DNA of 64,000 bases, taken from the NCBI RefSeq assembly GCF_030684315.1, contig NC_081369.1:44809598-44873597 (forward strand), given 5' to 3'. The notes beneath the pieces are model-generated. The model was not told the origin of the DNA. It made no database searches and saw only the letters and a program-made list of their open reading frames with translations. The position numbers and the translations under genes are program-made. How positions within the stretch are numbered: position 1 is the stretch's first letter; the number at the start of each line of letters is the position of its first letter. Origin of the DNA: Stegostoma tigrinum. Its lineage: Eukaryota. Positions 51,803-64,000 of this stretch are shown here, one piece after another.

Positions 51803-52770
51803 CTGTGTTGTTACATTCTTCACCAACTGAATCTGCGCACAAACCATTGCAATGTGATGAATATAGAATAATTATCCACTAGCTTTGAACTAAACACAGA
51901 GAGAAATGTTTAAGATAAGTATAATCAGGCCGACTGAATTTTAAGGCAACAGAGAGTGCTAATTAAGGCTGAACAGCATCTTTAGCTCAGACAAATTAAT
52001 GTTACAAGTGTGCAGTCTCATTCTGTCAGAAGAAAATTAACTTTGCAGATTTTCTCTTCTTCAATGTTTCTCTCTTAATACCATATGGCATGCCTGATCT
52101 TTATATTGCTTCCAATGTAATGATTTAAATTGAATTCATTTTTTCTGTTTGTTACTTTCTGTGCCACAGGCTGCACAACTCACTGAGTATTCAGGTTTAT
52201 TGGGTATTGGGTATTGAGTATTCAACTTCATAACCTTAAGAGTTTTAATCTTCAAATTACTACCTGAGCCACATACAAACTGGCACAGGGACATGGGAAT
52301 AAGGGAAGTAAACACATAGCTAAAGAAGTGGTGCAGGAAAGATGGTTTCCATTTCATGGGGCACTGGCATTTGTTTTGGAAGAGGGATCTGTACCATTGG
52401 GACAGTCTCCACCTGAACCAAACTGACACCAATGTTCAAGCAAAAAGGGTAAATAGGGTGGTCAACAAGGCTTTAAAATAGAAAGGAGGATTGGAAGGGA
52501 ACGGTAAAACTCCAAAAAGTATAATGTTTAATGGGAAACAAAGCAGTAGTTATTGCGCATGTGTTTTTTTTGGTGGGGGGTCACATTGGCAGTGGACCTT
52601 GTCGCACATATCGAAATTGACAAATATGATGTGGTGGGCATCATGGGGATGTGGCTGCAAGGGGATCAGAACTGGGAGCTAAATATCCAAGGATATACAT
52701 CCTCTCAAAAAGACAGGCAGGTGGGCAGGGCGGGTGGGGTTGTTTATTAGTCAGGAACAAAATTAAATTG

Positions 52771-53119
52771 GGAGCAGCACGTTAGCTCAGTGGCTAGCAC
52801 TGCTGCCTCACAGCCAGTGACCTGGGTTCAATTCTACCCTCAGGTGACTGTCTGTGTGTAATTTGCACATTTTCCCTATGTCTGCATGAGTTTCTTCTGG
52901 GTGCTCCAGTTTCCTCACAGAGTCCAAAGATGTGCAGTTTAGGTGAATGGGCCATGCTAAATTGTCCGTAGTATTCAGGGATATGTAGCTTAGGTGGGTT
53001 ATAGGGGGATGGGTCTGGGTGGGATGCTCCAAGGGTCAATGTGGACTTATTGTGCCAAAGGGCCTGTTTCCACACTGTAGGGATTCTTTGATTCTATTAA
53101 ATATTGTTTCTATGAATTA
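52771..53119 (+). mobile_element. HE1-like V-SINE inserted in the CR1
   Basis: Full head, V-domain and tail. Candidate TSD taaattg at 52764-52770 and 53120-53126. Confidence 0.92.
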
Positions 53120-55442
53120 TAAATTGAAAGCAAGAAACGATGTAGGGTCAGATGATGTAGAATCTGTTTGGGTAGAGTTGAGGAACTGCAAAGGTAAAAC
53201 AAAACACAATTGGAGTTACGTACAGGCTTCCAAACAATAGTCAGGGTGTGGGGCACAAGACACACCAGCAGATAGAAAAAGCATGTGAGAAAAGCAAGGT
53301 TACACTGATCATGGGGTATTTCAATATGCAGGTGGATTGAGAAAATCAGGTTGGTAATGGATTCCAAGAAAATGAATTTGTGGAATATATGCTAGGTGGC
53401 ATTTTGGAGCAACTTGTTGTGGAGCTCTAGGAAACAGGCAATTCCAGATTTAGTGTTGTGCAATGAGGGAACTTGAGGTGAAGGAGCCCTTAGGAGGCAG
53501 TGACCATAATATGATAGAATTCACCCTGCAATTTAAGTGGGAGAAGCTGGAATCAGATGTAATAGTATTACAGTTGTATAAAGGCAATTACAGAGGCATA
53601 AGGGGGAAGCTGGCCTGAATTGACTGGGAGAGTAGCCTCGGAGGAAAGACAGCAGAACAGCAATGGCAGGAGTTTCTGGGAGTAATTTGGGAGACAGAGC
53701 AAAAATTCATCAATTAGAGAAAGAAGCATGGTGCAGGGAGGACGAGGCAACCATGGCTGACCAGGGAAATCAGGAACATCATAAAAGCAAAAGCAAAAGC
53801 ATATAATGCAGCAAAGGGCAGTGAGAAACCAGGGGTTTGGAAAGGGTAAAAAGACCAACACAGGATAATGAAAAAAGAAATAAGGAGGTAGAAGATTAAA
53901 TGTGAGAGTGGTATAGCTGGTAGTATAAAATAAGATTGTGAGAGTTCTTTAAATATACAAAGGGTAAGAGAGAGGCAAAAGTGGACATTGGCCTGCCGGA
54001 AAATGACGCTCGAGGAGTTGTAATGGGGAACAAAGAAATGACAGAGGAGCTGAATAAGTACTTTGTGCCAGTCTACACAGTGGAAAACACAAGTAATATT
54101 CCAAAGATTTGAGAGAGTAATGTGGTAGATAGGAGTACGATGGCCATCACCAAGGTCGAGGTGATAGAAATACTGAAATGTCTGAAGGTGGACTACGCCC
54201 CAGAGTTCTGAAAGAGATATCTGAAAAGATAGTGGAGGTGTCAGTGGTGATCTTTCAGGAATTATTGGAATCAGGGAGTGTCCCAGACAACTGGAAAATT
54301 GCTAATATAACCCCCTTATTTAAGAATGGAGTGACGCAAAGGATAAAAAATTACAGTCCAATTAGCCTGGCCTCAGTCATTGGCAAGATTTTGGAGTCCA
54401 TTGTGAAAGATGAGATTTTGGAAGTGCAGCTAAAATCAGGCAAAGTCAGCAATGGTTTCCTCAGGGGAGGTCATGCCTGACAAATCTGCTAGAATTCTTT
54501 GAGGAGCTAATGAGCAGGTTAGACCAAGGAGAGCCAATGAACATTATGGACTCCTCAAAGGCCTTTGACAAGGTGCTGCACAGGAGGCTGCTGAGTAAGA
54601 TAAGGGACCATGGTGTTAGAGGCAAGGTACTAGAGCAGATAGAAGATTGGCTATCTGGCAGAAAACAGAGAGTGGAGTTGAAAGAATACTTCTCAGGATG
54701 GTAGCTGGTGACCAGTAGGGTTCTAAAAGAGTCCGTTCTGAGACCACAGCTTTTCACTTTATACATTAATAATGTAGATGAAGGAACTGAGGGCATTCTG
54801 GCTAAGTTTGCAGATGTTACAAAGATAGGTGGAGGGACAGGTAGTATTGAGGAGGTGGGGAAGCTGTAGAAGGAGTTAGACAGGTAAGGAGAGTGGGCAA
54901 AGCAGTGGCAGATGGAATACAACATGGGAAAGTGTGAAGTCATGCACTTTGGTCAGAAGAAGAGACATCGACTATTTTCTTAATGGGGAGAAAATTCAGA
55001 AATCTCAAGTGCAAAGGGACTTGGGAGTCCTATTTTGGGATTCTCTTAAGGTTAACTTGCAGGTTGAGTCAATAATTAGGAAGGCAAATACAATGTGAGT
55101 CTATACTCAATGGAGTTTAGAAGGATGAGGGAGAATCTAATTGAAACTTACAGAATACTGAAAGGCCTGGATAGACTGGACTTTGGGAAGATGTTTCCAT
55201 TTGCAGGAGACACAAGGACTCGCGGGCACAGCCTGTGAGTAAAGGGAAGGCCATTTAGAATGGGGATAAGGAGAAACGTCTTTATCCAGACAGTAGCAAA
55301 TGCATGGAATTCACTGCCACAGAAGGCTGTGGGGGCCAGGTCATTGATCATATTTAACACAGAGATAGACAAGTTCTTGATTGTTAAGGAGACCAAAGAT
55401 TACAGGGAGAAAGTGGGAAAATGGGGTTGAGAAACTTATCAG

Positions 55443-55735
55443 CCTCATCCTTCTAAACTCCATTGAGTATAGACTCACATTGTATTTGCCTTCCTAATTA
55501 TTGACTCAACCTGCAAGTTAACCTTAAGAGAATCCTGAAATAGGACTCCCAAGTCCCTTTGCACTTCAGATTTCTGAATTTTCTCCCCATTTAGAAAATA
55601 GTCGATGTCTCTGCTTCTGACCAAAATGCATGACTTCACACTTTCCCATGTTGTACTCCATCTGCCACTGCTTTGCCCACTCTCCTAACCTGTTTAACTC
55701 CTTCTACAGCCTCCCCACCTCCTCAATACTACCTG
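55443..55735 (-). repeat. 293-bp inverted duplication of 54838-55130
   Basis: Reverse-complement match with about 10 substitutions (counted by eye). It includes the deletion junction unique to this CR1 copy. Confidence 0.93.
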
Positions 55736-56654
55736 ATTGAATGGCTGAACAGATTTGATGGGCCAAATAGCCTAATTTCTGCTTCATTGTCTTATGATTG
55801 AAAATCATTCCTGCTGCTTTCCCTGTTCATGGATGTGGAGGGCGTCACACTGGATCAGATGCCGGATTACCAGTAATCTCTCTAGCAAGCTCATGAATAT
55901 CTCTGTTCGACAGTTCATGCTGTTCGCGATGGAAGTTAAGGCATTATTTAAATATTTATCTTCCTACACTTGCAATTACAATGTAGGTTATCTTAAAACA
56001 ACATCAACAAGGAACAGAATTTATTTCAGACTGCAATGTGGAAATACATGGAGAATATGCATTAGAAACCCATTAAATCAACTGAGCACTGGGAATTGTT
56101 TTATATATTCGATCAACTGACAGGTTGAAAGTAATGAAAACATCCATTCCAAGAGCAAAGAGTGTCAACTTGCTATCAGCAAACTTTGCACATTATCTTG
56201 ACCACATGGTTGTTTCATATTATTCTGCATCCAAACATATTTTTATTTAAAGAAAGAGTAACATTGTTCATACAACCCATATTTGATTCCTTTTCTCGTT
56301 ATAAATTTCTGGAAATGGACTTACGTAAACCTTAATTTTATCAGAGAGTAGATACAAGACATTGCATTTTCGCAACAAGCAAGCAAATAATCCTGTGAGG
56401 ATCAATAATGATAGGACTGTCGTGAAGCATATCTGCAGAATTTTCGACTCTTTACCCCCCCTTCCCCCCGGCCCATGAACAATAGAGAGAAAGTGGGAAA
56501 AATACAGTGAAAATGAAAACATTAGATTCTCAATGTTGAGAAAAGGCATTTCCAATTTTCAACTGAAGGTTTAAACAATGAGCTTGGAATTTCAATAACA
56601 AGTGACAGCCATCTCACTTCCATTGATGGTACCTCAATAGTTGCTAAGCTCAAC

Positions 56655-56990
56655 ACAATGAGAGGCATGGATAGAGTCGATAGCCAGAGACTTTTCCCCA
56701 GGGCAGGATTAAATGCCACGAGTGGTCATAGTTTGAAGGTGTTAGGAGGAAGGTATAGAAGAGGGAGGTTCTTCACTCAGAGAGTTGTGAGCGCATGGAA
56801 TAGTTTGCCAGTGGTAGTCGTGGGAGCAGAGTCATTAGTGACACTTAAGCGACTGCTGGACATGCACATGGACAGCAGTGAATTGAGGGGAATGTAGGTT
56901 AGGTTATTTTTTTTGGATTAGGATTATTCCACGGCACAACATCGTGGGCCGAAGGGCCTGTACTGTGCTGTACTTTTCTATGTTCTATTT
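56655..56990 (+). mobile_element. CR1 3' fragment (young)
   Basis: MRGMDRVDSQRLFPR..RGRFFTQRVVSAWNSLP; tail gggccgaagggcctgtactgtgctgtac..ttctatgttctat. Confidence 0.92.
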
Positions 56991-57565
56991 TCGATTTCTG
57001 TTCAACTCCCAGTTCTCTTCCTCTTCTCCAAGAATCTAGAAACTTGAACGTCAGGGTGGGTTACCTGCCTAGTAGTTAGATGCTTGCTTCTCCTGGGTCT
57101 TCAGACATCTTTACCTTCTTTAAAATGCTCCTGCATGTTCCATGGACACATTACTCCACACTTCATCCAAGGTAGAGAGTATCAGCAAACCACTGGCCTC
57201 ACCACAATGTCTCAGGCCATTGACACACCACACCGTCAGGATTTCATTTTGCACACCACATCTTGCATGCTTTTGTGAGGTTACATTAAGCGCCGGGATA
57301 CACCTGCAACTAATGCATTTCAATAGAATGCATCTTTTGGTTTTTAGCTTCTTTTTAAGCACTCATTCCCTTTGTGTTTACTTGGATGCTGTTAGTATCT
57401 ATGGCTTGCAGTGTTTCAGAAAGATTTCAGAAGGGATGGTAGCTTGTTGCAGTTCACAGCACGGAACCATCAAAGACTGGGAAATGCTTTGGGGCACTGT
57501 GCTACATCAATGTGAAAGCCCAGAGCACATGCCAGCAGCTTAAGCAGTGAACACACTACATTGAA

Positions 57566-57884
57566 GGTGGCATGGTGGCTGAGTGGTGAGCACTGTTGCT
57601 TCACACCACCAGGGACCTGAGTTGATTCCACCCTCGGGCGACTGACAATGTGGAGTCTGCACATTCTCCCTGTTTCTGTGTGGGTTTCCTCCAGTGCTCC
57701 GGTTTCCTCCCACAGTCCAAAGATGTGCAGGCAAGGTGGATTGGCCATGCTAAATTGCCCACAGTGTTCAGGGATGTGTAGATCAGGTGAGTTATGAGGA
57801 ATGGGTCTGGGTGGGACGATCTGAGGAGCAGTGTGGACTTGTTGGGCCGAAGGGCCTGTTTCCACACTGTAGGGATTCTATGAT
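57566..57884 (+). mobile_element. HE1-like V-SINE
   Basis: Head, V-domain and tail gggccgaagggcctgtttccacactgtagggattctatgat. Confidence 0.93.
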
Positions 57885-58009
57885 GTGTTTCAACAAATGG
57901 TCAAAGGGAACAAATTAATAGTGGAGTCGAGAGAACTTCAGTCAGTCAAGGGTACCTCCACAGTCAGTCATGGGGCTCATTTAATCCCAGTCCAGGGAGC
58001 TGGTCACAA

Positions 58010-58055
58010 GATGCTACCAGACCTGCTGACCCTTACCAGCAACTTCTGTTTTTGT
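58010..58055 (+). mobile_element. PLE family B terminal fragment
   Basis: gatgctaccagacctgctgacccttaccagcaacttctgtttttgt. Confidence 0.6.
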
Positions 58056-59234
58056 AGCACACATGTCTCACTGTCTTGGGAAATAAGGCTGATGACTCTG
58101 GAACAATGAGGTTGACGGTAAGCTGCGTTATTTTCATTTTAAACTCATTTCAGTTTTATCATGTCTGGTAAAGTCAGTTGTGTGCTAGGAATGCCAAAAA
58201 TACAACTGCAGCAAAAGATGAAATAATTAGTTTGAAAAGCAGTGAAGAAAAGCAAACAAAAACATGAATGCAAATAAACCACATAACCAAAAAACAATAA
58301 GACATTGAACATAAAGCTTGGATTTTATGCAAGAACCCACAAGATTGAATAACATCACATTTGCATTGAGAAAGAATGAAACAAAAGTTGGTACATAATA
58401 AGTGCCATAAAGCTTTTTAAAACTTTCACTTTTAAACAAAATGTTTTAATAATTTTTGACTTCAAAAATCTAACTCATGTTTTCCCGATTCTGCTTGCTT
58501 CCATAGTCATAAAAAGATAGACAGATGCAATGGATAATTTATTAAATCTGCCACTAACATTTATCGTGGAAAAAACGGAGTCAGATAACCAGTGGCAGAG
58601 AGTACAGAGCTGCAACTCGGTCAGTTAGCATGACTCCAAAACAGTGGATCACACAGTGAAGCAGGATTACATAATTTGTTGTATTTACTGTTATGGAAGG
58701 TACCATGCATTTTTCATTACTTCATTTAGAGTACATGTTTACAGGTTGCAATCAACTTGTTAATGATTGTGAGCCAAATGGGTAAATCACTTCAATAACA
58801 CATCAGTTTGAGGAAAGTTACATGCACTTGTTTTAAGTTTTCAACATTTAGTTCATCATATGATAGCCTCAATTTAGTAAGTAGAATTGGTGTCAGATGT
58901 TTCCTTAAGTTAGGCACTGTGACAGTCTGGAAATTCTTTGGCAGAACATTAAGTCAGACTTGGTATTCTGTTTACTGAAAATCCTGTTATGCCACTGAGA
59001 TTCATTTTTCTCCTTTATTTCAATACAATTTGAAAAAAATGGAAGGGGGAGCCAATGCAAATATTTGAAAGCAGGCAACCAATTGAACAGCTCTTTAAAG
59101 ACACATTACTGATATGAAGGGCTGAATGGCTCTTTTCTACGTCATATGATTTGGTATTTGTCAAGAATTAGTATTCTTGTGATTTCCTTTGAATATAATG
59201 TAGAATCATATATCTTTTGAGATTACATTGCCAA

Positions 59235-60008
59235 TGCAATGGCTTTACAGAATCACTGAAATCTTACTGTGCAGTGTGAGGCCATTTGTCCATCTTGTCT
59301 GACTGGCTGTTCAAATGAGTGCAATACTGAGTGCCAATTTCTGGTTTATTCCTCGATATCTTCATATATTATTTTTATTCAAACAATTGTCCACTGCCCT
59401 CTTGAATGCCTCCACCAAATTTTCAGGCAATGCATTCCACATCTTAACTATTCATAGAGTGAAAAAGATTTTGCTCAGATCACCTTGTTTCTTTTGCAAG
59501 CTAGTTTAAACCTATCCCTTCTCATTCTTTCATTTTTTTTAACGCGTAAGAATTGTTTCTCCCAATATATTCTGTTAGAAGGATCATGATTGTTAAAACC
59601 TCCATCAAATCTCCTCCTAGCCTTCTTCTCTCCGAGGAGAACAATTCCATTTTCTTCAATCTATCCTGATAACTGAAGTTATTTATCCCTGGAATCATTC
59701 TGCACTCTCTCCAAAGCATTCAGATCCTTTCTATAATTTGGTGCCAGAACATAACACAATGCTCCAGCTGATGTCTAACATGTGTCTTATACAAGTTCAA
59801 CTTCATCTCTTTGCCCTTGAATTCTATGTCCCTCTTCATAAAGCCAAGGATATTGTGTCCTTTACTGAATGTGGTCTCCATCTATCCTGCCATCTCAAAT
59901 GGTCTGTGTGCATTCACATCAATGTCTCACTGTTCTAGCACCCTCTTTAGTATTGTATTCCCTATTTTGTACTGTCTTTCAGTGTTCTTCCTACCAAACT
60001 GCATTTAC
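59235..60008 (-). mobile_element. CR1 3' fragment
   Basis: Minus ORF 59522..59719 reads RMIPGINNFSYQDRLKKMELFSSERRRLGGDLMEV. Confidence 0.85.
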
Positions 60009-60309
60009 TAGAGCAACTTAGACAAAACATGTTGTTAGCTTTCACTCGAGAATGAAATGTTGTCATTAGCAAATAGTATCTGATCGGGAACATCCAGGCG
60101 TCAATCTTGCAACAGTAACCATACAATGGGAAAGACTTGAACACTGCATTAGGAAACAGAGCGCTCATGTTTGTGAATCTGTTACAATGGAAGAAACCCT
60201 AAATAATGATAAGGGCTGTCTTGAATATCAGACAAAAGAACTATTAAATTGATTGGGAATTAGATAAAGGCTACCAACTGAAGACACATAAACTCCAGAT
60301 GTGAGATGA

Positions 60310-61332
60310 GAGTGACTGCCCTTGACACAAGGCCATATTTTACCAAGTGTGATGTCAAGAAGGCCTAACAAATTATAGTCAATGGGAATCAGGTAAGAAA
60401 CTCTTTGCTGGTTGGAGCCATACTTGGTACAAAGAAAAATGATTGTGGCTGTTGGAAATCCACCATCACAAATTCAGGGTACCACTGCAGGACTTTCTCA
60501 AGATAGTGTGCTGAACCCAACAATCTTCAGCTGTTTCACCAATGACTCTCCCTCATCATTAGATCTGAAACTGGCATGCACACTATTCAGCACCATTCAC
60601 AAACTCTCAGACATCAAAGCAGTCAATGTTCAGATGTAGAAAGACCTGGACAATATCCAAACTTGAGCTAACAAGTGGCACCTACCATTTGCACCACACA
60701 GCCGCCCGGCCACGACCATTTCCAATAACCGTTGCCAATCTAACCTTTGCCTTGATAGTTAGTGGTATCACCATCATTGAAACCCCTACTGTCAACATCC
60801 TGAGGGCTATCACTGACAAGAAATTGAACTGAATTACCCATAAATATTTTGGCTCTAACAGCAGATCAGAGGCTAGGAGTCCTGCAGTAAGTAACTCACC
60901 TCCTGACTCCTGGCACACCATCTACAAGGGTCAATTCAGAAGTGTACTAGAAGAGTCCCCATTTGTCTGGTTGCATGCAACTCCAAGAATACTCATGAAG
61001 CTTGACACCACCCACAACAAAGTAGCCCACTTGATTAGCATTACATCCATGAACATTCATTCCTTCATCCCCATTGCATAATATCAGCAGTGTGTACTGT
61101 TCACAAGATGCACTGCAGTAATTCATCAGCATCCTCCAAACTCAAATCACCAGGAGCAAAGAAGGACAAGAACTGCAGCTGCATAGGAATGCAGCTACCT
61201 GCAAGAACCTTGCTCACCATCCTGAATATTTCAAAAAATTTCGTCATTCCTTCCCTGTCGGGTAAAAATCCTGGAATTCCCTCCCTAATGGCATTGTGAT
61301 TTTACATGGACTGCAGTCACCCCTCTCAAGGT
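60310..61332 (+). mobile_element. Second LINE family: RT to near the 3' end
   Basis: AGLSQDSVLNPTIFSCFTNDSPS (the GVPQGSVLGP..FINDLP motif) and INILGVTID-like VNILRAITDKKLN. Confidence 0.85.
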
Positions 61333-61334
61333 CA

Positions 61335-61592
61335 AGTTCCCCAGTTTCATCATCTCCTCATGATGCCACTCTCTGCACAGGGGGTGCTTTGAAATGTCCA
61401 CCTTTTTCCTCAACTAGGGATTCCCTGCTATCACGGTTAACAAGACCCTGAGCTGTGCCCAATCCATTTCCTGTATTTCTGCCCTCACCACATCCCTTCC
61501 TTCTCAAAACAACAGGGTGCCCCTGGCTCTCACTTGCTACTCCATCAGCCTCCATATCCAAAGGATCATAAGCCATCATTTCCACCACCTTT
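61335..61592 (+). mobile_element. Old PLE RT C-terminal fragment
   Basis: EMSTFFLN.GFP..RVPLALTCYSISLHIQRIISHHFHHL, homologous to the region starting at 43881. Confidence 0.75.
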
Positions 61593-61719
61593 TTGATTTT
61601 CCTTCTTGCCTGAGACATGGTGATCCTCAGGTTAAACTACTGCCAGTCTCTCTCTCTCTATCTAATGATAGAGCAACCATCTGGCTCTTCAGGATTATGA
61701 TACTTTGTTTTTACCATTA

Positions 61720-64000
61720 AGTGAAAGGATAATTGGAGAAAATATCCCAGATCCATTGTACAAAGTGCAATTGTCGTGTGGCTTATCCAAAACAGTGGTA
61801 GTAGGAATTGTTAGGAAATTGCCTGTGGATGGGTTTGGCTTACTCCTATGTAATTAGTTAGCTGGAATAAAAGTTCTAGCTGCCCTATAATGATGGAAAG
61901 TCAATGTGGGATTGAAGAGATGGAGAAGATTGGAATACAATCCAGTATTTCTCCATTGTGTGTAGTGAACCGATCAATGGTTAAACGAAGTCTATCAACA
62001 GAGGTCAAAACAGTACCATGTGTAGATGTTAGAGTAGCCAAAACTTTCTTTAAGGGTGAAGATGATTCAAAAGAACTGTTTTGCATTTGCTCTCAAATTG
62101 AGGCTTAGAAAGGAGATCCAGAGTTAAACAAGTTAACAAAGTCAGCTCACACTGAAGCTGAAGTTGATAGAGTTCCAGACCATTATTTAATTAAAACCAG
62201 AGTTCTGATGAGGAAGGGGAAAATCCTAACACACCTGCAGATGAGGAAAAGGCAGTTGTTGACTAGATAGTTGTACTGTACAGATACTGTGATGAGATAT
62301 GGCAAGAAACATGGGAATACAGAGAAGTCAAGCATTGATAAATAGGAATCCTACTTGGTCAAGAATTCACAAGCGCTTGGTGTCTTTTGTACAACATGTC
62401 ATATGTAATACAGATAGTGAGAAAACTTTAACATCAAACCAGCATCTTTAAACACACCAGTACTTTTCAGAGTGTTAGTGTAAGACCCCAAAGCCAAAGG
62501 TAAAAGTGAACAGCAGTATATCCTTACAATTATGGATATGTCAATCTGATTTCTGAAAGCTATTTCTTTACAGGCAATTACAGCTAAGGTAGTGGTGGAA
62601 AAATTAACATAGCATTTTTTTAAACTTGTTATGGAATTCCAACATAAATACAGCCAGATCATGGTTCCAACATTGCACCTAAAACTTTGCAGGACATATA
62701 AGTAATTTGAGTATAAAACAATTGAAGTCCAGCACCTAACATTCACAAACAAAGGAAACTTTGAAGACCGATAACACAGTATAGAGCTGGAAGGTCTGCT
62801 TGGGGCCTGGGATAGGGGTAAGGGGGGAGGTGTAGGGGCAGGTGTAGCACTTCCTGCAGTTGCAGGGAAAAGTGCCGGTGTGGTGGGGCTGGTGGGGCAG
62901 ACAAGAGCCTCCTCAACATCGGGGAAACCAAGCTGTGGCTTGGGGGCCACTTTGCAGAACATCTATGCCCAGTTCACAATAAACAACTGCGCCTCCCAGT
63001 CGCAAACCATTACAACTCCGCCTCCCATTCCTCAGATGACATGTCCATCCTGGGCCTCCTGCAGCGCCACAACAATGCCACATAAAGGTTGCAGGAGCAG
63101 CAACTCATATTCCACTTGGGAACCCTGCAGCCCAATGGTATCAATGTGCACTTCACAACCTTCAAAATCTCCCCTCCCACTACCGCATCCCAAAACCAGC
63201 CCAGCTTGTCCCTGTCCCCCTAACCTGTCCTTTCTCCCACTTATCCCCTCCTCCCACGTCAAACCCCACCTCCATCCCCGAGCTACTAACCTCATCCCTC
63301 CCCCTTGACCTGTCCATCCTCCCTGGACTGACCTGTCACCGCCCTAACTCCCCACCTACACTCACCTTTACTGGCTCCATCTCCACCTCTTTGACCTGTC
63401 TGTCTGCTCTCAACCTATCTTCTCCTCTAACCATCTTCTATCTATCTCCCCCTCTCTCCCTATTTATTTCAGAACCCCTTCCCCTCCTGCAATTCTGAAG
63501 AAGGGTCTAGGCCCAAAACGTCAGCTTTCCTGCTCCTCTACTGCTGCTTGGCCTGCTGTGTTCATCCAGCTCTACACCTTGTTATCTCAGATTCTCCAGC
63601 ATCTGCAGTTCCTATTATCCTCTTGTGAATGTACTGGGCTTAGTCCATTTTAATTGATCTATGGTCATGAGATAATAGGTCCACTAACTTTGATAAAGGA
63701 AATGTTTTTAAGACAAAGAGACAAATTCTCAATGTTGGATTATAGGTCTATGTTTCTACAGATACTTGTGGGAGCATGTAAAGTAGCATAAGAGTTTTTA
63801 AAAACATCATAGCTAAAGAAGATAGTCTGGTCAGACAAACACAGTACAACTAGAACATTTCAAAAATGGGACAACGAGTTAGTGTTCTTATTTTTAAAGG
63901 GTGAACCTCTGAAAGGGTGATTCAGTGGCCCATGCAAGGTACTTAAAAGGGTTAGAAAAGTGACTTGTCTGACGAATACTCCTGATTGTAGGAAGAATTG
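61720..64000 (+). mobile_element. Ty3/Gypsy LTR-retrotransposon pol relic, Gmr1-like (protease region directly followed by integrase)
   Basis: LPVDGFGLLLCN.LAG (~61820), CVVNRSM (~61960), FCTTCH zinc finger (~62385), QQYILTIMD..AITAKVVVEKL..YGIP..IQPDHGSN (62510-62670), TGLSPF.LIYGHE (~63635) and FSGP (~63921). No RT lies between the protease-like region and the integrase. Confidence 0.85.
62770..63623. mobile_element. Rearranged PLE family A insertion inside the Gypsy integrase
   Basis: Short terminus 62770-62791 (minus), internal minus piece 62792-~62905, and plus arm ~62907-63623 with the GIY-YIG end, 3' UTR, decayed hammerhead (63495-63522) and long terminus. No TSD found. Confidence 0.88.

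Larger units (their letters stand above)
52225..55798 (+). mobile_element. CR1 LINE (ORF1 esterase end, ORF2 APE and RT, 3' UTR), decayed and with internal deletions
   Basis: KKWCRKDGFHFMGHW..DSLHLN (ORF1), WELNIQGY..DRQ, ESVWVELRN, NWKIANITPLFK, KAFDKVLHRRLL and KFADVTK; 3' UTR ending ~55798. Confidence 0.93.

Noticed and set aside
54461-54943. 160-aa minus-strand ORF
   Set aside because: It is antisense to CR1 RT sequence.

Overview
This is vertebrate, repeat-rich, apparently intronic or intergenic DNA. The repeats (HE1-like V-SINEs, CR1/HER1-like LINEs, Penelope-like elements) point to a cartilaginous fish, probably a shark (inference). I found no convincing host protein-coding gene. Every recognisable ORF is a broken transposable-element frame: CR1 APE/RT/esterase, Penelope GIY-YIG/RT, Gypsy integrase, and Harbinger transposase/Myb relics. 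The most structured signal is a set of Penelope-like (PLE) insertions built as inverted hairpins, 0.12-1.9 kb long. Most have 12-16 bp target-site duplications, one 'long' terminus and one 'short' terminus about 37 nt further in. In about 6 cases the fold-back point lies on or next to a minimal hammerhead-ribozyme motif (CTGA[T/A/G]GA..GAAAC). Other notable items are a locally templated 293-bp inverted duplication inside a CR1, an exact 22-bp ectopic copy, a Gmr1-like Gypsy relic (integrase directly after the protease region), two SINE/LINE tail-sharing pairs, a short interstitial telomere repeat, and TE-poor blocks that may hold conserved regulatory elements. All calls were made by eye without database searches, and the boundaries of old repeats are approximate.
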